Source of the DNA: Chrysomallon squamiferum
Lineage: Eukaryota > Animalia > Mollusca
Assembly: GCA_012295275.1 (NCBI GenBank)
Contig: CM022676.1
Location: 7,998,001 to 8,062,000, forward strand
Length of the DNA stretch: 64,000 nt
Direction of reading: 5' to 3'
Position numbers and translations under genes: made by a program. The notes beneath the pieces were generated by a model, which saw only the letters and a list, made by a program, of their open reading frames with translations, did not search any database and had not been told where the DNA came from. Positions 17,473-32,281 of the stretch are shown here, in pieces; the stretch's first letter is position 1; every line of letters begins with the position of its first letter.

Positions 17473-19599
17473 TTCCAGTATTTTTCTTTTCGCTACTTTT
17501 TTCTTTCAAATCTTCCTTGTTTTGTTTTTCTTTTGCTATGCTACCACTTTTACCTCCTGTTCGCTGGTATCACAAAAAGAATAATATTTAGTTCAAATAC
17601 ATACACGTACTACAAGAAGAACACCAAGACCTCTATCGTAAAATCACCGACTCGACCTAAATAGTGATGATGCACGATTAGCTGACTAACACGTGACCGT
17701 GTATCAGCATGAAAACACTAGTTTAAACCGAGGATGGTCATCGCCATTCACCGCATTCCAAAGGCGGATGACGTCTCCGAATACTGTCTACGTGCAGAGT
17801 CTAATCAGGCGTACACAAGAAAAAAGAACTTAGATAAATTACGTACAGATATAGAGATATATACTTTAAAAAAATACAAAAAAAAACAACAACAACAGTA
17901 ATATAATAATACTGCAATACGCTTCCCTGTCTTCTGAAATAAAAATAATAAATAATTAAATAAACGTTGGACGTATATTAAGAAATAAAAAAAAAAAAAA
18001 AAAAAGAACATAAGACAGTACAGATAAAGATAATAAAATTACCAAGAATAAACAGAACTGACTTGCCTACAGAGAATATTAAAAACAAGGTTTTTAACTC
18101 TTCGTTTTGTTGTTTTGTTTCAAATTTAAGGAGCAGAAATCTGTTTGATTGAATGTGTTATCTATGTTTATTGTTTGTTCTGAACTTCTGTATGACGGGT
18201 GATTTAAAAATATACATTACGATATTACTATGCATCATTTCCGTTTTAGGGAACAACTGCAGCAATTTCAAGGTACAAATTAAGGTGTTGTTTACACTAT
18301 TATATCTATAGGTCGAATTCCAGGAGGTTGAAAGTAGATTTCAGATAAGGTCTTGTTATAATTAACATCATAGTTGTTTTTAGGGGGAATACAAAATATA
18401 TATTTAAAGAAACGATCCCATCACCATGACCCAGTCGAATCAGCTTAAAACTACCATTCATCAGCTTACAAAAATGAAAAACAAACGTTATTTTAGTGAG
18501 GAATCAGTAATTAAGTAAGTAAGTAAATAAATAGAGTAAATATAACCAGCGCTCCACCCAGATCCGCCTCTGACCTGATAAGATTTTACTAACACAGAAA
18601 TGTTTATATAACCTAGATACCTGTTGACTTTATCACCATTCTTCTCTCACTGCGTTTATGTTATTACTACGAAGACTTCTCTAAATTTACTAAAAAAAAT
18701 AAACTTTAGGTGTTTATAGAAAAAAGTATAAAAACGAAGGACACCCTGTTGAAAGTGGATAAGAATACCAGAAGTGCATTTTACTTCAGTCATCTGTCAT
18801 TACAAAATCATAGTACAGATAATTTATACGAAAATATCTCACGAACTGTTGCAATGTAAACAAATCAGGTTTCTTCTCGTCTGATATATATATATATATA
18901 TACATCTATGGGTGTGACTGTGTGTGTGAGTTTATTAATATATTTTACTAAATACCAGGTAAACTGCTACAACAGATCAGAAACACGCTTTACAGTTCAG
19001 GACCTCATTCTGACGAGAATTAACAGTGGACGATTAAAATATTCTTCACAGACTGAATACTATGGCCACTAATAAACATACACGCACAGAAACACACACA
19101 CCACACCCACACAAACACGCTGAAACTAACAGAACCAAATATTCCATATTTCATTTCCAGTCAGAATCACTCACAACATTTGCTGGGCCTCTTTCAAACT
19201 GGTCATAATATGTGCAGTCGACACGTTGATCAGAGAATTGAATTATTCTGGTACAACTAATCCTAATGTCTAGACAAATAAAAACAATGGTGAGCTTAAT
19301 ATAAATGTTAGAAAAAGTGAACATACAAAACATAATAATATTATTAATTTTATTATCCGGAAAATGATGCGAACAAATGCTTTACTAAAATACTAATAAT
19401 ATTTAAGAAATAATAATTAAGAATAACTGTTTTGTTTTGTTGCGCAAACACTTGCAAAGCTTTCTCTTTTTCTAACACTGGACCGCTGTTACAATTCAAT
19501 AATTTGCATCTGCGTAAATAGAATATATGTCGTTGAGTTTCACACTGAAAAGTCACGATTATCAAAACATTTTTCTCTCTTCTTATTTGTCTTTTTCTC

Positions 19600-19800
19600 T
19601 GAGTGTGGAGTGTGTCCTGTACGAATAATCTTCATTCTCACTGTTTCTATTCCTGTGAATTTGAATTCTACTTTCAGGATGTGTTCATTCAAATCAGCGA
19701 GCAGGCAGCCGTCTACAGATTCTTTTTTAAACGCGTCAATATGTCTCTCCAACTTTAAAGCTTTCATTATTTCGCCAAGCTCGGCTATTGTTAAATCCAT
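19600..19800 (-). pseudogene. SAM (sterile alpha motif)-like domain coding segment
   Basis: MDLTIAELGEIMKALKLERHIDAFKKESVDGCLLADLNEHILKVEFKFTGIETVRM..IRTGHTP fits the SAM pattern L..L.L..Y/H...F....IDG..L..L.E..L. Confidence 0.75.
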
Positions 19801-20589
19801 CCGTTTTTTTCTTAAAAACAGCTTTTCCTCTGACATAATCATCAACACTGTTGCTTGTGACGTAATCTTCTTTGGTAGTGACTTTAACGTCAATCTGAGT
19901 GCTATTTTTATTGACGTCACGATTGTTCCTGTCTAGAGTGACGTCATAATTATTGCCTTCTGCTTCACTAGTACCTCTCGTGATGCAATCACGACTGTTT
20001 CCTGCGGTGACGTAATCATCTTTTCTTCCTGGAGTATAATCCTCGTTACCTTTTCTGACGTAACCACACTTCCAGAGACAATCATAGTCACTAGTACTAT
20101 TGTCGTAAACAGATGATATTGTTTCACTGAGTTATCTCTCTTGATTTGTTTTTTTCTCCGTGGAAATGCGAACAGTCGGACAGGGTCAAATACTCTTCTT
20201 GACCTTTCGCTAATCTGAAACAAATCTGTCAGGTTGTAGTGCTTTGTAAATATTGTCTGCTTGAGTCGTGTCCACAGCCACTTGTTTGCACAGAGCGATA
20301 TCTGAAGAAAAATAATTCACACACACACACACACACAGATAGACACGCAAACACACACAGATAGACACGCAAACACACACACACTCAGACACACACAGAT
20401 ACACACACACAAACATACTCAGACACACATTTTAAAACATAACTACAAACATAAATACATGCTGCTACTGCTGATGCTGCTACGGATATTAGTGTCACTA
20501 CTACAGTTACTACTAATACCGCTACTGCAACTACTACTGCTCGTGCTATTCCTACTAATACCCCAACTACTACTACTACTACCACTACC

Positions 20590-20622
<33 letters not shown>

Positions 20623-20645
20623 CCTACGACTACTCCTACTACTAC

Positions 20646-20682
<37 letters not shown>

Positions 20683-20694
20683 CATTAAAATTAC

Positions 20695-21003
20695 CTCTGA
20701 CTTCCAGAATAATTTCATTACTTTTTTCAGTTCCTGATTTTCCACCACAGCTCCAAATGGTTCCTTGATGAGTGATTTTAGCTCGCTTTATTGTGAGTTG
20801 GAAAACGGATTGTGAACAGTTGAATATGTAGGCAGGATTGGGCTGGGGTGGAGTACATCGCCCGTTTTTGTCTACACGCACGTTGTAGTGGATGTTGCTC
20901 TCAAACCACGTGACAGTGTTGTCGGCCACGTCTGTGGTACAGGTTAAGATAAAAGGAGAGTCAATGTTTCCATAGTAACGAGACGATTTCAAGTGATGTA
21001 GAC
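20695..21003 (-). CDS. V-like Ig domain exon of C
   Basis: 309 nt, PFILTCTTDVADNTVTWF...GRC...IFNC...FQLTI...GTIWSCG...SNEIILEVR|gtaatt. Confidence 0.85.
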
Positions 21004-22264
21004 CTAAATAAATAAAGAAATAAATTTAAAACAATATATTAGCACAAATATATAAATAAAGAAAGAAAGAAAGAAATATACAAATATATAAAATAAGGAA
21101 TCTACAAAGAAAGAAAGAGATAAACAAACAACATTATGTATATAAACAATTAAAAAATATTAAATGAAATAATTAAAGTTGTAAATATATACAAATAAAT
21201 AAATATTTAAAAACTGAAATGTATTAATCCTTCTTTTTCTCATTTTTTGTAGTTCTGTTTTTCTTACTGTTAACTTTTGTGCGTTTTGTTTTATTATTTG
21301 TTTTTGTGTTTTTGATTATTATTATTATTTCCTTCTTTCTTTCTTTCAATACTCCACCCAGATTTCACAGTTACTAAATGAGATTAACTCAGATAGAGAT
21401 AAATAATCTGAATATAAAATACATACCTTGTACGTACAATACATATCCCAGTAACACGAACACAAAGAAAAACTTATAACTCATTTCCACTATTTTAGTT
21501 TTCACTTGCGTTAACAAAAAGATAGTTTGTACTTTATTATCTTTTCTTCACTACTTTTTTGTTTAGACTGCCATTAATAAGAATATCGTTTTTACTTTTT
21601 TTTTTTCTTCCCTATCTCCTTGTTTGCTAAGTTATAAGGTGTACTGAATATCGATCTGTCGCTACCTCGTTTTATGAGTACCTATACAACTGCTATTCAA
21701 TAAAATACCCTGATTAGAAAGTCTGTTCACCTGGTAGCCCCGTTTACACTGCTGTTAAAAAGTGCATGTGCAAAGTTCAACACGCGTTTTATTCTGGTTG
21801 GCTGTTGATGTTTTTAAATGTACTGAATCCAGTCGACTGAATCTTTGATATGTGTATGAATGTCGGTGTGGATGGAGATGTGCATGTATGTGTGTGTAAC
21901 TGCGAATGTGTGTGTATGTCTAAGTATGTCAGACAGTCGTTCAGTTTCTACAACTAGTAGTAATAGTAGCAGTAGTTGTAATAATAATTATTAGATAAAA
22001 AAATATTTGAACAAATTCATAAACCAAATGATGGTCACTATTAGGTAGAAATATTTGATAAATTCATGAAGAAAATAATAATTATTATCAAATAAAAATG
22101 TTTAAAATATTCATGATCAGATGATAATTATTATACCATAACAAAAGGTCAAAACTAATTACCAAAAATCCTAACAGTGTATTTTCTATACAGATTTTAT
22201 ATTTGTTTATATTTATATATTCATTTATTTATTTATTAATCATTACTAATGGTGTGTATGCGGG

Positions 22265-22381
<117 letters not shown>

Positions 22382-22494
22382 TACATGTAGTAATAGTCAA
22401 CGAAATATAACTTCGACTAAATCTCGATTTCAGTTTGTAAATAAAATGAGATGGACTTAGATATACATAAATAATCTGAATATAAAATACATAA

Positions 22495-22554
22495 CTTGCA
22501 CGCACAATACACACATCCCAGTAAGACGAACACACATACTAACTTACAACTCAT
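22495..22554 (-). pseudogene. dead copy of the family signal-peptide exon
   Basis: ATGAGTTGTAAGTTAGTATGTGTG..., 2-nt TG insertion and donor changed to ttatgt. Confidence 0.75.
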
Positions 22555-22986
22555 TTCCAGTATTTTAGTTTTCACTGCCGTTAATAAAAATATAGTTTTT
22601 ACTTTATCTTTTCTTCTCTACTTTCTTGTTTTTACTACTGTTAATACAAAAATAGTTTTCAACGTCTCCTTTTTTACTTTATTTGGGTAACATATCGGTT
22701 TTACTTCCTGCTTCACAAGTAATATGAACACGCGTTTTATTGTTATCAAATAACCTCTCGTTGATAGTGCATCTTTATTAATAAACTAAATCCACGCGAC
22801 TGAAATCAGAAAAACTAAAACAGCGTTAAATAATTAATTCTGCCCAGTACGTTTTCTTCATCTTCTCCTTTTTTTCTTTTCTTTTTTTTTTTTTTCTTCT
22901 GATGCCTGTGTGTATTTATGTCTTTGCAAGTAAACACATAGGTATATAGATAGATAAGTAGTTAAGTATGCATGTATGTATGTATA

Positions 22987-23055
<69 letters not shown>

Positions 23056-23765
23056 ATATATAAATATACTCTGGTATGTTGTAACTCTACCACTCTAAAA
23101 TCAGCCATGCATGGGAGAAGACGCATACAAAATTGTAACTCAAAACACCTAATACTCTTTCTGTCAGGTTATTGTATTACTTCTGTTGTGTTCAGTTTAT
23201 ACAGAAATATATCTTTGTGTGTCTGTTTTTGTTTGTGCGTGCGTGTGTAGATGTGCGTGTGTATGTATATGTATCGTAATATCTGTATATTTGTACCTAA
23301 TACATCTAAGTTGGTGTGTATATACATCTATAACATACAATAAGTTTCCGGGTAATGTTTTGTTACTGACTTCTCATTTTTCTTCTTCTTGTTTTTCTTG
23401 ATTTTTGTTATTATTATCATGATCATTAACATCATGACTACCATCATCGTCATTTTCATTATTATTATTATTTTTATTAGTATCATTATTATTTTTTTTA
23501 TACGTGGAACAAACAACACTTTTTATAATAGTTTACAGTTAATTAGGGGAAAAAAATCATCTCTTAATTTTCTCTTTCACTCTCAGTTTTGTTTTATGCT
23601 AGAGTATTGTTATTCATTCATTCATTCATTCATCTTTCTTTTTCTCTGTATGTCTTTCTGTGAATTAACACATTCTTCCATCCGTCCGTCTATCCTCGAA
23701 ATGCATGAGCACGCACATACGCTTAATACTCAAGCACACGTGATACAAAAATAACTACCCCTGGC

Positions 23766-23975
23766 CAGTGACGTGCAGAGAAAAGAACTTAATAAATTTG
23801 GTTGATTTATTCTTAAATTGAATAAAGTGTTTATTATATGCTTCATCTGTGTTTACATATTCAAAATATCTTCCTTTCATGTACTATGTCTTAGTACTAG
23901 GTCTGTAATTTCAACCTTTGGGACACACAAGCAAGGAGTTGGCCCCTAGCATCACCAGACCTCTGCACGCCACTG
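23766..23975. mobile_element. MITE with hAT-like terminal inverted repeats
   Basis: CAGTGACGTGCAGAG ... CTCTGCACGCCACTG (15-bp TIR, 1 mismatch); a second partial copy starts at 49582; TSD not preserved. Confidence 0.7.
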
Positions 23976-24725
23976 CCTGCGACCCCATATTGTTTTCAGT
24001 AATTGCTAACATGTGTAGTACTCGAAGCAAATTTTCCTACTCTCAAACCTAGCGTGAAAACATTTCGCGAACATTCGAATACAAAACAACGAAGGAAAAC
24101 CCGGGTTCAAATGACGTAGTTGTACACGTTGACCTTTACTGCTGACGCAAGTTTCTATATTTAGATTCTTAGGCTTAAATAGGCCAGTCAAGTCGATCTT
24201 TCTTTCTTTTCTTTTTCATTTATTTATTTTTGTTTTTTTTTTTTTTTTTGTTTTATCATTATTATTATTATATATTTTTTTTTTTTTTTTTTGGTATAAA
24301 TACGGAAGTATTTCGCTACTAGTTTACTAAATAATTTTAAGATGTAAAACATACCTAACTAATTGACTAATTTCCTCCTGTCCCACTCTCTAACACACAG
24401 AAATACAAATAGTCTACATTTAGAAAGTTGAAAAAAAAAAAAAACCCAAAAATAATGAATTTTTTGTACTCTGTGTAATCTTATATTAATTTACAGTGAA
24501 ATAGATAATTTAACACTGAATTATCTTAAACTACATCATATCGTATCATATTGTACCATATTATATTGTTTAACATTACTCTAAATTATATTATCACTAA
24601 AACGGGTGTCGTACTTGTGAAACAGGAACATACCAAAATAAACCAAAACAAGGAAGAATTTAAAATAAGAAAGTAGCAAAGAAAGTTTCTTTTTATTAAC
24701 CCCAGTGAACTGTACAACAGTGGAA

Positions 24726-24783
24726 ATGAGTTGTACGTTATTCTATATGTTCGTGTTACTGGGACGTGTATTGTACGTAGAAG
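24726..24783 (+). CDS. signal-peptide exon of D
   Basis: [20 protein letters not shown]|gtatgt; paralog of the other 58-nt SP exons. Confidence 0.8.
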
Positions 24784-25123
24784 GTATGTATTTTATATTC
24801 AGATTATTTATCTGTTTCGCAGTTAATCTCGTTTCGTTTACAAACTGTGAAATGTGGGTGGAGTTTTTATGTTTGGATGACTAATGTAAAACGAAAGGTA
24901 TAACTGTGTCAGTGGAACTCTTGATTTATATCTATTAAAATATGAAACAACATAAAATAACATCAGACAACATAACGTAGCGTAAAATAACGTAACGTAA
25001 ATAAACATAATGTAATAGCACGTACAATTATGTAATAAAACATAATAATAATAATACAAACATAACCTAACCTATAACCTAGCACCAATAGTTATATAAA
25101 AAAAAAAAATGTAATTTAATTTA

Positions 25124-25184
<61 letters not shown>

Positions 25185-26368
25185 TCAAATTTAAGATTGG
25201 GATTACAACTTAACAACATCAGACAGATATGCAGGTCTTGGATCACCTTTTACTTTTATCTGTCGAGGAGATTTTCATGGAATAGTTAGCTGGTTTGTGA
25301 ATAACACAGAATCCTGGGTAGCTCTTCTAGGAAGACAAGGCCAGTGTGATTTTTTCCCTAAACATCCAAACAAATACAGTTATAGCTGTTCAGATGATGT
25401 GAACACTCTCACAATAAAATCTGTCAAACTCAGTCAGCATGGAACAGTGTGGAGATGTGGTGATGATGGAGGAAACAGCAATGAAATAAAACTGAAGTGA
25501 GAGGTAAAATTAACTTATTTATTATTAATATTATCGTTCGACCTGTTTGAGGTTAAAAAAAAAAAAAAAATGAAATAAAACCCGAAATGAGAGGTAAAAT
25601 CGATTTCATTACTATCATTCTATAAAATATGTACTGTTAATGACAATTAAACAATAAACACAAAAAAACTAGACAGTACCATAATTCAGAGGTATTATAT
25701 TTATAATTATCTTTCTAGGAAATGTGTTCTGTTAATGATAACTAAACAATGCATCTCAATGAAACAAAATAAAACTGGAAGTCAGATGTAGTATCAGTTT
25801 TGTGCTTATAATTGTCTTTATGGTGGACATGAAAGAAAGTCCACCGTAATCAGATGATTAAACAGATACGTACGTGTACACTAACATATGTACAATCACA
25901 GAATTGCTATTATCAGTAAGAATAAAACAAAAATATGACGACAATGATTAAAATGCTCGCGGTGATGATGATGACGTTGTTGATAACGTATTTTGGTTTT
26001 TGTTGTTTTCTTATTAGATGGTCCTGGAATGTCACTCAAGTTGAATACTTCGTCTGTTGTGACTGCTGTGGAAGGAAGTGACGTCACAGTGTCTTGTTCG
26101 GCGACGTGTTTCATCACGTGTAATTTTCTGTGGAAGGTCGCAGATGACATCATAAGTAACATGAGCGTTCTCTCATTGGCTAACGTTACTAGATCACAGT
26201 CAGGTCTCTATGTGTGTACGGCTGAAAATCCAGATACGAACCAAACTACCAATAAAATACTTCATTTGACTGTCCATCCACGTAAGTAAGAATAAAAATA
26301 TAATAAAACTAAAATGATAAATTAAACAGACAATTTAATACATATTTCTTAGAGTTGTTATGTGTGAA

Positions 26369-26410
<42 letters not shown>

Positions 26411-27637
26411 CTGTTTGCTTACGTGGGTGCGCATGTGTATGTGGACATGTGCGCGCATATTTTTTTTTTTTTTTTGGTTTACTCTTTGTAGTTTACTTTC
26501 AGGTCCGCCAAATCTTCGAGGGTCCGCGCCATACGCTATCAGCGGTCTTTTTTTTACGTTTACATGTCAGATTTTTCAGTATTCACATCGCGTCACGTGG
26601 TTTGAGAATGACGTCATCTATGACGGACACTCTGATGTTAGGTCACGTTTTAGTGGAAATTACACTTTCAAATGTTTACGTAACAAGTTTCTAGTTACTA
26701 TAACATCTGTCAACAGAAATCAACAAGGAGATATTTGGCGATGTGAAGACACGGATCATGGGTATTCGAGTAACAGAGTCGTCTTGAAAGTTAGAGGTAT
26801 CTTAATTTAATTTAGTTCAGTTTAATTTAGTAGTGGTAGAAGTTGTAGTACTAACACCATCATCATCAACATCATCTTCATAATAATAATAATAATAACG
26901 ACTACAACAACAAGTGTATCAACAGCTATAATAATAATGATGATGACGATGATGATGATGATTATGATGATGAGGATCATTTTGATAATAATAAAAACAA
27001 CCATATATCATTCCTGTATTTTTTTTAACTTTTTAGGTTTTATTTATCGTTTATTTTTTTATTTTTTTATTTTTATTTTTTTATTTTTTTTTTTTTGTAT
27101 TTACACAGACGGTCCCGAAACGTCACTTCGAGTCAATTCTTCATCTAACATCACAGTAGAGGAAGGAAGTGACGTCACAATATCGTGCAAAGCCGATTGC
27201 TTTATCAAATGCCTTTACAGATGGGAACTGACCAATCAGATTGTCAGTAACAACAGCCTACTGGCACTGAATAATATTACGAGATTTCAAGATGGCGTCT
27301 ATACATGTACTGCTGTTAATCCGGATACGAACCAAACAGCACATAAACAAATTATTATTAATGTTGAGTGTAGGTTTTACTTTATTTTATTTTGCATTTA
27401 ATTTTGTACAGAGATCATAAAAGGTTCATATAAAAATATCTGAATAGGACAGAAATAGACAGATATAGGCAACATATGTACAGATAGATCGATAGAAATA
27501 GATGGACAGATATACATATACATACATATATGTGTTTATATGTATGAATAGATGTATGTATGTGTACGTACTTGTTTAGGAATGTATGTTTTTTGTTTTC
27601 TTCTGACCCTCTTTCTGTGTGTGTGTGTATGTGTACG

Positions 27638-27684
<47 letters not shown>

Positions 27685-29163
27685 GTATTTATGTATGTAT
27701 GTATGTGTGTGTCTGCATGCATACTTGTACGTATATGTAACTAAGTTTGTGTATGGATACAGTGATGTAAAGAATGAAAGAAAAATCAGAGAGACCAACA
27801 GAAAGACAAAGCTAGAGTAACAGATAAATAATTATACAAAAGAAAAGAGTGATGTGTAAAATCCGAATGGCTTAACTACAAAAATCGATAGAGAAAGTGT
27901 GAAATAAATAAAAGACACAGAAACAATACCTTAAAAGAAATATACTTTAACTGTATCAAATAAATAATTGCTCACTCTCTGAAGATATACTAATAATACA
28001 AATTACCTGCCTACTGAAGACATGTAAATAATATATTAATTTAAATCTCACAATTTTAATTTCATTAAAGATTTTTCAGCAGCCGCAGAAGACAGCAGTC
28101 AATTTGGAAAAGAAATTAGCAGATATTTTGGATCATTTGTGGCTCTGCTTCTCGTCAGTATCACTGCCGTTGTTCTCTGCGTCCTATGTAAACGAAGTAT
28201 TTATTAATTTATTTATTTGTTTGTTTATTTATTCATACTATTGTTTTTGGTTGTTTGTTTTTTTAAATTATTATTTGTTTCGTTTGTTCGTTTATCCAGT
28301 TAATTATGTGTTTGAATTGAACGTACCTGTCCAGTCTAATTTACACGTTGACCTCAAACAGAGATATAAAACCTGTTTTCGCTGTTAATCAAATGGCTGA
28401 GGTAAAAAAATGATGTCTAAACAAAGGAAGGTCTGATGATCAATTTAATTTCAGACCGGCTTCATACTAAAAATGTTTCATGATCGGTACAACTCCCAAA
28501 TTAGATAGAATGATCTGAAGAGAGGGATGTAAAACTGAACATTATATCTTTTAGCACTGGTACAACCACTATTACCACCAACATCAATACTGCTACTGCC
28601 ATTACTATGTTCAAGATGATGATGATGATATTGTTATTATTATTGTTGTTGTTGTTGTTGTTGTTATTGCAGGAAAAAAGAAGCAAACTTCGAACCAACA
28701 AAGGTAAAAATCTATATATTTTATTAGTTTTCTTTCTATGTTTATAATACATTAATGTTTAAGAATATATGTGGGTCTGTCTGTCTACATGTGTCTATAT
28801 CTATCTAAATATATCTATCTATGTATATATATATATATATATATGTGTGAGTGTGTGAGTGTGTGTGTATATATATGTGTGTGTGTGAATGTGTATATAT
28901 ATATATACACATACATATATCTGTCTGTGTACGTGTGTGTAAATATCTATGCATGTTATGTGCATGTGTACATATGTAATATATGTATATATATTAGTTT
29001 ATGGTAAGTATCTACGAATGTGTGTCCTCGGATTATTACATCAGTGTATATGAAAGATATTTGATTAACTTTTGAAATTTCAGAATCAGCACAAATCAGC
29101 CTGTGTACTACACCGTTGCTCCGGTTTCTGGTAAGTTCACCAAACACACTTACTTACACCCCC

Positions 29164-29226
<63 letters not shown>

Positions 29227-29877
29227 CGATGATTACCCTCCGTTATTGAGCAATCTTTTTAACATCTTCCGCCAAGCGTTCTAGTCTCGTCAGCGGCATC
29301 TTACGGAGCTTGTGAGGTCGTGATTGGACTTTGTGATTCGAGAATGCGTTCCCGAATATTGTCGCTGTGCAGAATCTAACCAGACTTTCCATATGACGTC
29401 ATAATCTTTGATAGTAGTATTTGTTAATCATACACTTCATAAGGCAATTTTATGAACAGATAACAAAGTTAATAACATCTGAGTCTAAATTAAATAGCGA
29501 ACAATCCGACACTGAATACTAAATAAGAAGAAACCTGGACTGTGATTCTAAAATGTTGTGTATTTCATAACATGCAACTTAGTTAAAAGAAATAAATAAC
29601 TGTATTCCATGTTTCAGATACTGAGACAGTGCCAAAGACTGTACATCAAGACACGGGAAATCTGTATTCTTCTCCTCCAGAGGAAAGACGAAATGACGTA
29701 CCGCATGAAACCTTAATGCTTGATCGTAAGTGAACTGATATTAATTAGTGTTAGAGAAGAAAACCAGTTAGACACTTTCATGAAAAAAATTAAACACGTT
29801 ATGATATTCAAGAAATTAAAACTCGACATCCAAGATTTTCCATAGAGGAAGGTTCCCTATTATTATAATATATCCCA

Positions 29878-29967
<90 letters not shown>

Positions 29968-31672
29968 TTCTTTTTTCTCCGAGACGTTGGGTTGTGACGT
30001 AATGACTGTACAAAAATATACACTTACACATCTTGACTTTTGAAATCAAAGGTGTGTACATGTGTTTAGGTATGTATATTTGTATGTATCTATGTATATA
30101 CACACATACTCATAGAAACATACACAGACATACACACACACATATTAATACGATTATTGTAATCTCCACACATGACAAATTTGTTTGTGTATGTTTGGTT
30201 TCCATGTAAAACGGGTGATTTTAAACTTTGACTCCAAATAACATCAAAATTAAAAAGAGAAAGTCTGACATATGTACCATATGTAAAACTTCATGCATCA
30301 TTTCATGTTTCAGATGATCAGACTGCACCAAAGACTGTACATCAAAATGCAAGGAATCTGTATTCTCCTCTAGAGAAAAGACGAAATAACGTCCCGTGTG
30401 ACGTCATAATGCCTCATAGTAAGTGAACTGATACTGAATACCACAGAGAAGAAAGCGAGTATTGTTTGCTAATGATACACTTCGTAAGGCACTTTCACGA
30501 AAAATTAAACACGACTGATAAAATTTCAAGCTAAATTCAGCAGCGAACAAACCAAAACTAACCTAGACTGTGATTCCAAAAATGTTGTGTATTTCCTAAC
30601 ATGCAAGTAATCTAATTAAATAAATAAATGACACTGCTATCGCCAAACATTTTAAACTACCTGGCCATATATTCGACGATCATATTGAGCAAAAACTCGG
30701 TTCCAAATCTGAAACTGACCTTTAAAGTCTTGAATGAATGGCGTTTTGCATTCGCACATTACAAACACAAAACAGCATTTGGAGTTAATGGTGAATCGAG
30801 AAAATAATTTTCCCATTAATTTACGATGGCCGCAACGTCGATATCGGCAAAATTTTGAAGGAACAATTATTTAACTTACAAGATCACTATGAAAAATCCG
30901 GAAACAGCATTTCCTGTCATAGGTTACGGTAAAAACCCAGGTATAAAGGACATTTTCGTCTCCGCCCGATTTTCTGAATAATAAATCTGTACAAAGTGGT
31001 TTCGAAAGGATTTACGAATTAATTTTAAAAATAAAAAAAAGGTACGGAAATGTCTTTAAATGTTTTCAAGCGATCTTATTATTTCCGATTTTTCAAAAAA
31101 AAAAGATATATATATTTTGTTTATGTCTGTTTTGTTTTTATAGATAATGAGAAAGGATAATAGTAGGAAATGTAAGAATATTATCTGTTTAGAGATGTTT
31201 GAGAAAGGATAATAGTATGAAGTGTAAGAATGTTATCTGTTTAGAATGTTTGAGAAAGGATAACAGTATGAAGTGTAAAAATGTTATCTGTTTAGAGATG
31301 TTTGAGAAAGGATAATAGTATGAAGTGTAAGAATGTTATCTGTTTAGAGATGTTTGAGAAAGGATGCTTTCTAAATAGTTTTTCAAATAACTTCTTTATA
31401 ATTTTATAAATGTATACTTTTGTTCTAGTAATGTATTTTTATACATCTCTCAGCCCCTTTGTATATAGTTTTGAAAAGTTTTATGTATGTAAATAAATGT
31501 GTTTAAAATATTATAGCAAGATAATAAATATATAGCCAAAGGACCAAAGCACATTGTAATATACATTAAGTGGTCAACTTTAAGTCAACTCGAATACCTA
31601 GAGTGCTTAAGTGTATATTTTTACATATGTATTATCTCTTCATGTATAGCTACATATATATGTATCTATCTG

Positions 31673-31706
<34 letters not shown>

Positions 31707-32218
31707 CATCTACCTATCTATATATACATCTATCTATCTATCTATGTATCTATCTACCTATCGATCGATCCATCTATCTGTCTATATATATAAAAAATAG
31801 ATAGATAGATAAGATAGATAGATTAGATAGATAGATTAGATAGATCGATCGATCGACAGATAGATAGATATAAATATATACACACATTAATGCGATTATT
31901 GTTTTCTCCACACATCACAATTTTTGTATAAACGAAAACATAATTTCATTCCATGTTTCAGATAATCAGACTGCACCAGCGGCTGTACATCAAGATACAA
32001 GTAATTCATATTGTTCTATAGAAGATAGAGGATATGAAATCCCATATGACGTCCTATTGCCTGATAGTAAGTGAACTGAAATTAATTAGTGATAGAGAAG
32101 AAAACCAGTTAGACACTTTCATGAACAAAATTAAACACGTTATGATATTCAAGAAAGTAAAACTCGACATCCAAGATTTTCCAGAGAGGAAGGTTCCCTA
32201 TTATTATAATATATCCCA

Positions 32219-32281
<63 letters not shown>

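Larger units (their letters stand above)
19540..21484 (-). pseudogene. IgSF gene C: SP + divergent V-like Ig, followed by a decayed Tyr-rich/SAM-domain exon
   Basis: SP 21427-21484 (MSYKFFFVFVLLGYVLYVQG), V 20695-21003 open; next acceptor at 20301 reaches TAG at 20210; downstream broken frames give a DY-rich region then a SAM-like domain. No TM exon seen. Could still encode a ~152-aa secreted protein. Confidence 0.55.

Noticed and set aside
18250-18272. Possible plus-strand micro-exon (ttttag|GGAACAACTGCAGCAATTTCAAG|gtacaa)
   Set aside because: No partner exons or gene context found.
29105-29122. PVYYTV as a canonical ITIM
   Set aside because: For YYTV the -2 residue is Pro, and for the second Tyr the +3 residue is Ala; it is only a generic YxxV site.
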